In this document: one piece after another, positions 12,444 to 14,083 of the stretch
Numbering within the stretch: the stretch's first letter is position 1
How the letters are laid out: each line of letters opens with the position of its first letter
NCBI GenBank assembly: GCA_036351155.1
Contig: JAZBOO010000329.1
Coordinates: 1 to 14,083, forward strand
Direction: 5' to 3'
Length of the DNA: 14,083 bases
Source of the DNA: Candidatus Krumholzibacteriia bacterium
GTDB taxonomy: Bacteria; Krumholzibacteriota; Krumholzibacteriia; LZORAL124-64-63
Made by a program: the position numbers and the translations under genes
Notes under the pieces: generated by a model
What the model was told of the DNA's origin: nothing
Seen by the model: the letters and a program-made list of their open reading frames with translations, nothing else
The model's database searches: none

Positions 12444-14081
12444 TCACCTGGGCGGTCCCAGGAAAGTGGGCGCGGCATCCTCGCAAAGGTCTTCCAGCTG
12501 TCGGACCATCTGTTGCAGGTCGGCCGCTTCCATGGGCGGCTCCGACCCCATCAACAGCTCGCCCAGCTCCGGACCCTGCTCTTGCATCACCTCGTAGGCA
12601 TCGGCCACGCCGTCACACGCCAGCTGGAAACTCAGATTCACGTAGTCGTAGATGTGCTGCTGCTGGTGGGCCAGTTCCGGACAGGCCGACAGCCCTTTGA
12701 CGATGATCTCACCGGCCCGCGTCAACGCACCCTGGACCTGTTCCACGGTAAAGCCTTCGCGATATCGACTCAGGGCGATGGCCCGGGCATACTGCCGCAC
12801 CAGACGCTTGTCCCGGGCACGGGTGGCACTGATCAACACCTGGTAAACGAACATGATGGACCAGCGCAGGGCGTCGGGTTTGAGCTCCTGGTGACGGGGA
12901 AAGAGCTCCGCGTTCTGTGGCAGACGGATCTCCTCCACAATCCGGTCGACCAGCTGATCGCGCAGATTTTCCAGGTGGTGCACGATGACCAGGTTGGGCC
13001 GCTGGGGTGCGCGGCGCAGGGCTTCCTCGTTCCGCTGGCGCCAGACCTCGCTCTGGGCCTTCATGTTGTCCACCATCAGCAGCAACCGACGGTTGATGCT
13101 CAGCCGCGCCGTGGGCGTCCAGTCCAGTGCGGCATGGGTCCAGCCGGCATCGACCAGGAGTTTCTTGTCGATGTATTCCGCCATCCAGGGGGCCTCGAAG
13201 GGCTCGTGTCCCAGGAACCGACCCAGGCGCCACCGGAGCACCAACCCGATGACACACAGCCACCGGGGGAAGAACCGGGGTGTCCGGGCCTCTCCGTAGA
13301 AGTACCGGGTGACCGCATCTTGCAGCTCACGGTGAGATCCGGTCGTGCTGGGACTGGCATTGTACGTCACGAAGCGGGGCAGCTCGTCACTGCGCTCGAT
13401 GACGCGGAGAAAGAACCTGGTCAGATCTTGGACGTGCAGGTACGGCACCGCTGATTCGCCGTGCCCGGCCAGAATACGTGAATCCCAGCTCTCGGATAGC
13501 CAGGTTCGCATGAGAACAAAGAGGGGCGGGTATTCACACCAGTCGCTGAAGATGGCGGCCATCCTGACCACGGCCGAGGGAAACCATTCGGCCTCCTGGC
13601 GGACCAGATCCTCGCCCTGGCGCTTGCTGCGGGCGTAGGCAAAGGTGGCGTCCGCCGGGGAATCCTCGACCAGTGTCTGGCCGGGCTCGGGAAAACGACA
13701 GGCCGCCAGCGAACTGGCAAAAATGAACCGCTTGACGCCCAGCTGCCGGGCCAGCTTCAGAACGTTGCGGGTGCCCCGGACATTGGTCCGCTCGTATTCG
13801 GGGTTTTCCATGTTGTGGAAATCGTAGTAGCCGGCCAGATGCAGGACGTAATCCGCCCCGCCATGGTCCTTGATGCACCGGAGCACGTCACGCATCTTGG
13901 CCCATTCGGCCACATCGACCTGGGTCCAGCGCATGTCCGGATAATCGGGAATGCCCGCTTCCTGACGGGACCGCCGGGCCAGACAGAACAGGCGGTACTT
14001 TCCGGCGGCACTGGCCAGAAAATGACGGCCCACGAACCCGGAAGCGCCCGTGACCACGAGACCGGGCAGGGATTCTTTCAT
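12444..14081 (-). CDS. NAD-dependent epimerase/dehydratase (extended SDR) with an extra C-terminal helical domain, 545 aa
   Basis: LVVTGASGFVG Rossmann motif, VLHLAGYY, TNVRGTRNVL, FIFASSLAA and catalytic YARSK. About 190 extra C-terminal residues. The start is at the window edge, so the RBS is not visible. Confidence 0.88.
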   Translation of the reverse strand: MKESLPGLVVTGASGFVGRHFLASAAGKYRLFCLARRSRQEAGIPDYPDMRWTQVDVAEWAKMRDVLRCIKDHGGADYVLHLAGYYDFHNMENPEYERTNVRGTRNVLKLARQLGVKRFIFASSLAACRFPEPGQTLVEDSPADATFAYARSKRQGEDLVRQEAEWFPSAVVRMAAIFSDWCEYPPLFVLMRTWLSESWDSRILAGHGESAVPYLHVQDLTRFFLRVIERSDELPRFVTYNASPSTTGSHRELQDAVTRYFYGEARTPRFFPRWLCVIGLVLRWRLGRFLGHEPFEAPWMAEYIDKKLLVDAGWTHAALDWTPTARLSINRRLLLMVDNMKAQSEVWRQRNEEALRRAPQRPNLVIVHHLENLRDQLVDRIVEEIRLPQNAELFPRHQELKPDALRWSIMFVYQVLISATRARDKRLVRQYARAIALSRYREGFTVEQVQGALTRAGEIIVKGLSACPELAHQQQHIYDYVNLSFQLACDGVADAYEVMQEQGPELGELLMGSEPPMEAADLQQMVRQLEDLCEDAAPTFLGPPR

Positions 14082-14083
14082 CG

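Noticed and set aside
1..14083. CRISPR arrays, tRNA/rRNA genes, transposases, integrases
   Set aside because: No regularly spaced repeats, RNA-gene signatures or mobile-element ORFs were seen.

Overview
GC-rich bacterial DNA, probably from an anaerobe, in three blocks. (1) Bases 1-1583, minus strand: two paralogous Gly-linker lipoproteins flank an ABM-family gene. Each lipoprotein gene carries a copy of the same promoter module with two palindromes. (2) Bases 1891-5245: a PAS-AAA+-HTH sigma54 activator with an OrpR-like C-X8-C-X3-C PAS motif lies between two outward-facing putative sigma54 promoters that share one enhancer layout. One drives a small membrane protein; the other drives a small CxxC protein, a stand-alone receiver and an RsbRD_N-like helical protein. 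(3) Bases 5272-14081, minus strand: a tightly packed operon of extended SDR fused to a helical domain, Cys-rich protein, hexaheme cytochrome c and rnfC-D-G-E-A-B. This Rnf is non-canonical. RnfC lacks the FMN/NADH-binding motifs and RnfD lacks the flavinylation Thr, while RnfG/E/A/B cofactor sites are intact and RnfB is fused to a GltD/NfnB-like NADP(H) flavoenzyme. This suggests a rewired complex linking NADP(H) to an extracytoplasmic cytochrome. All family calls come from motif reading by eye; no searches were run.
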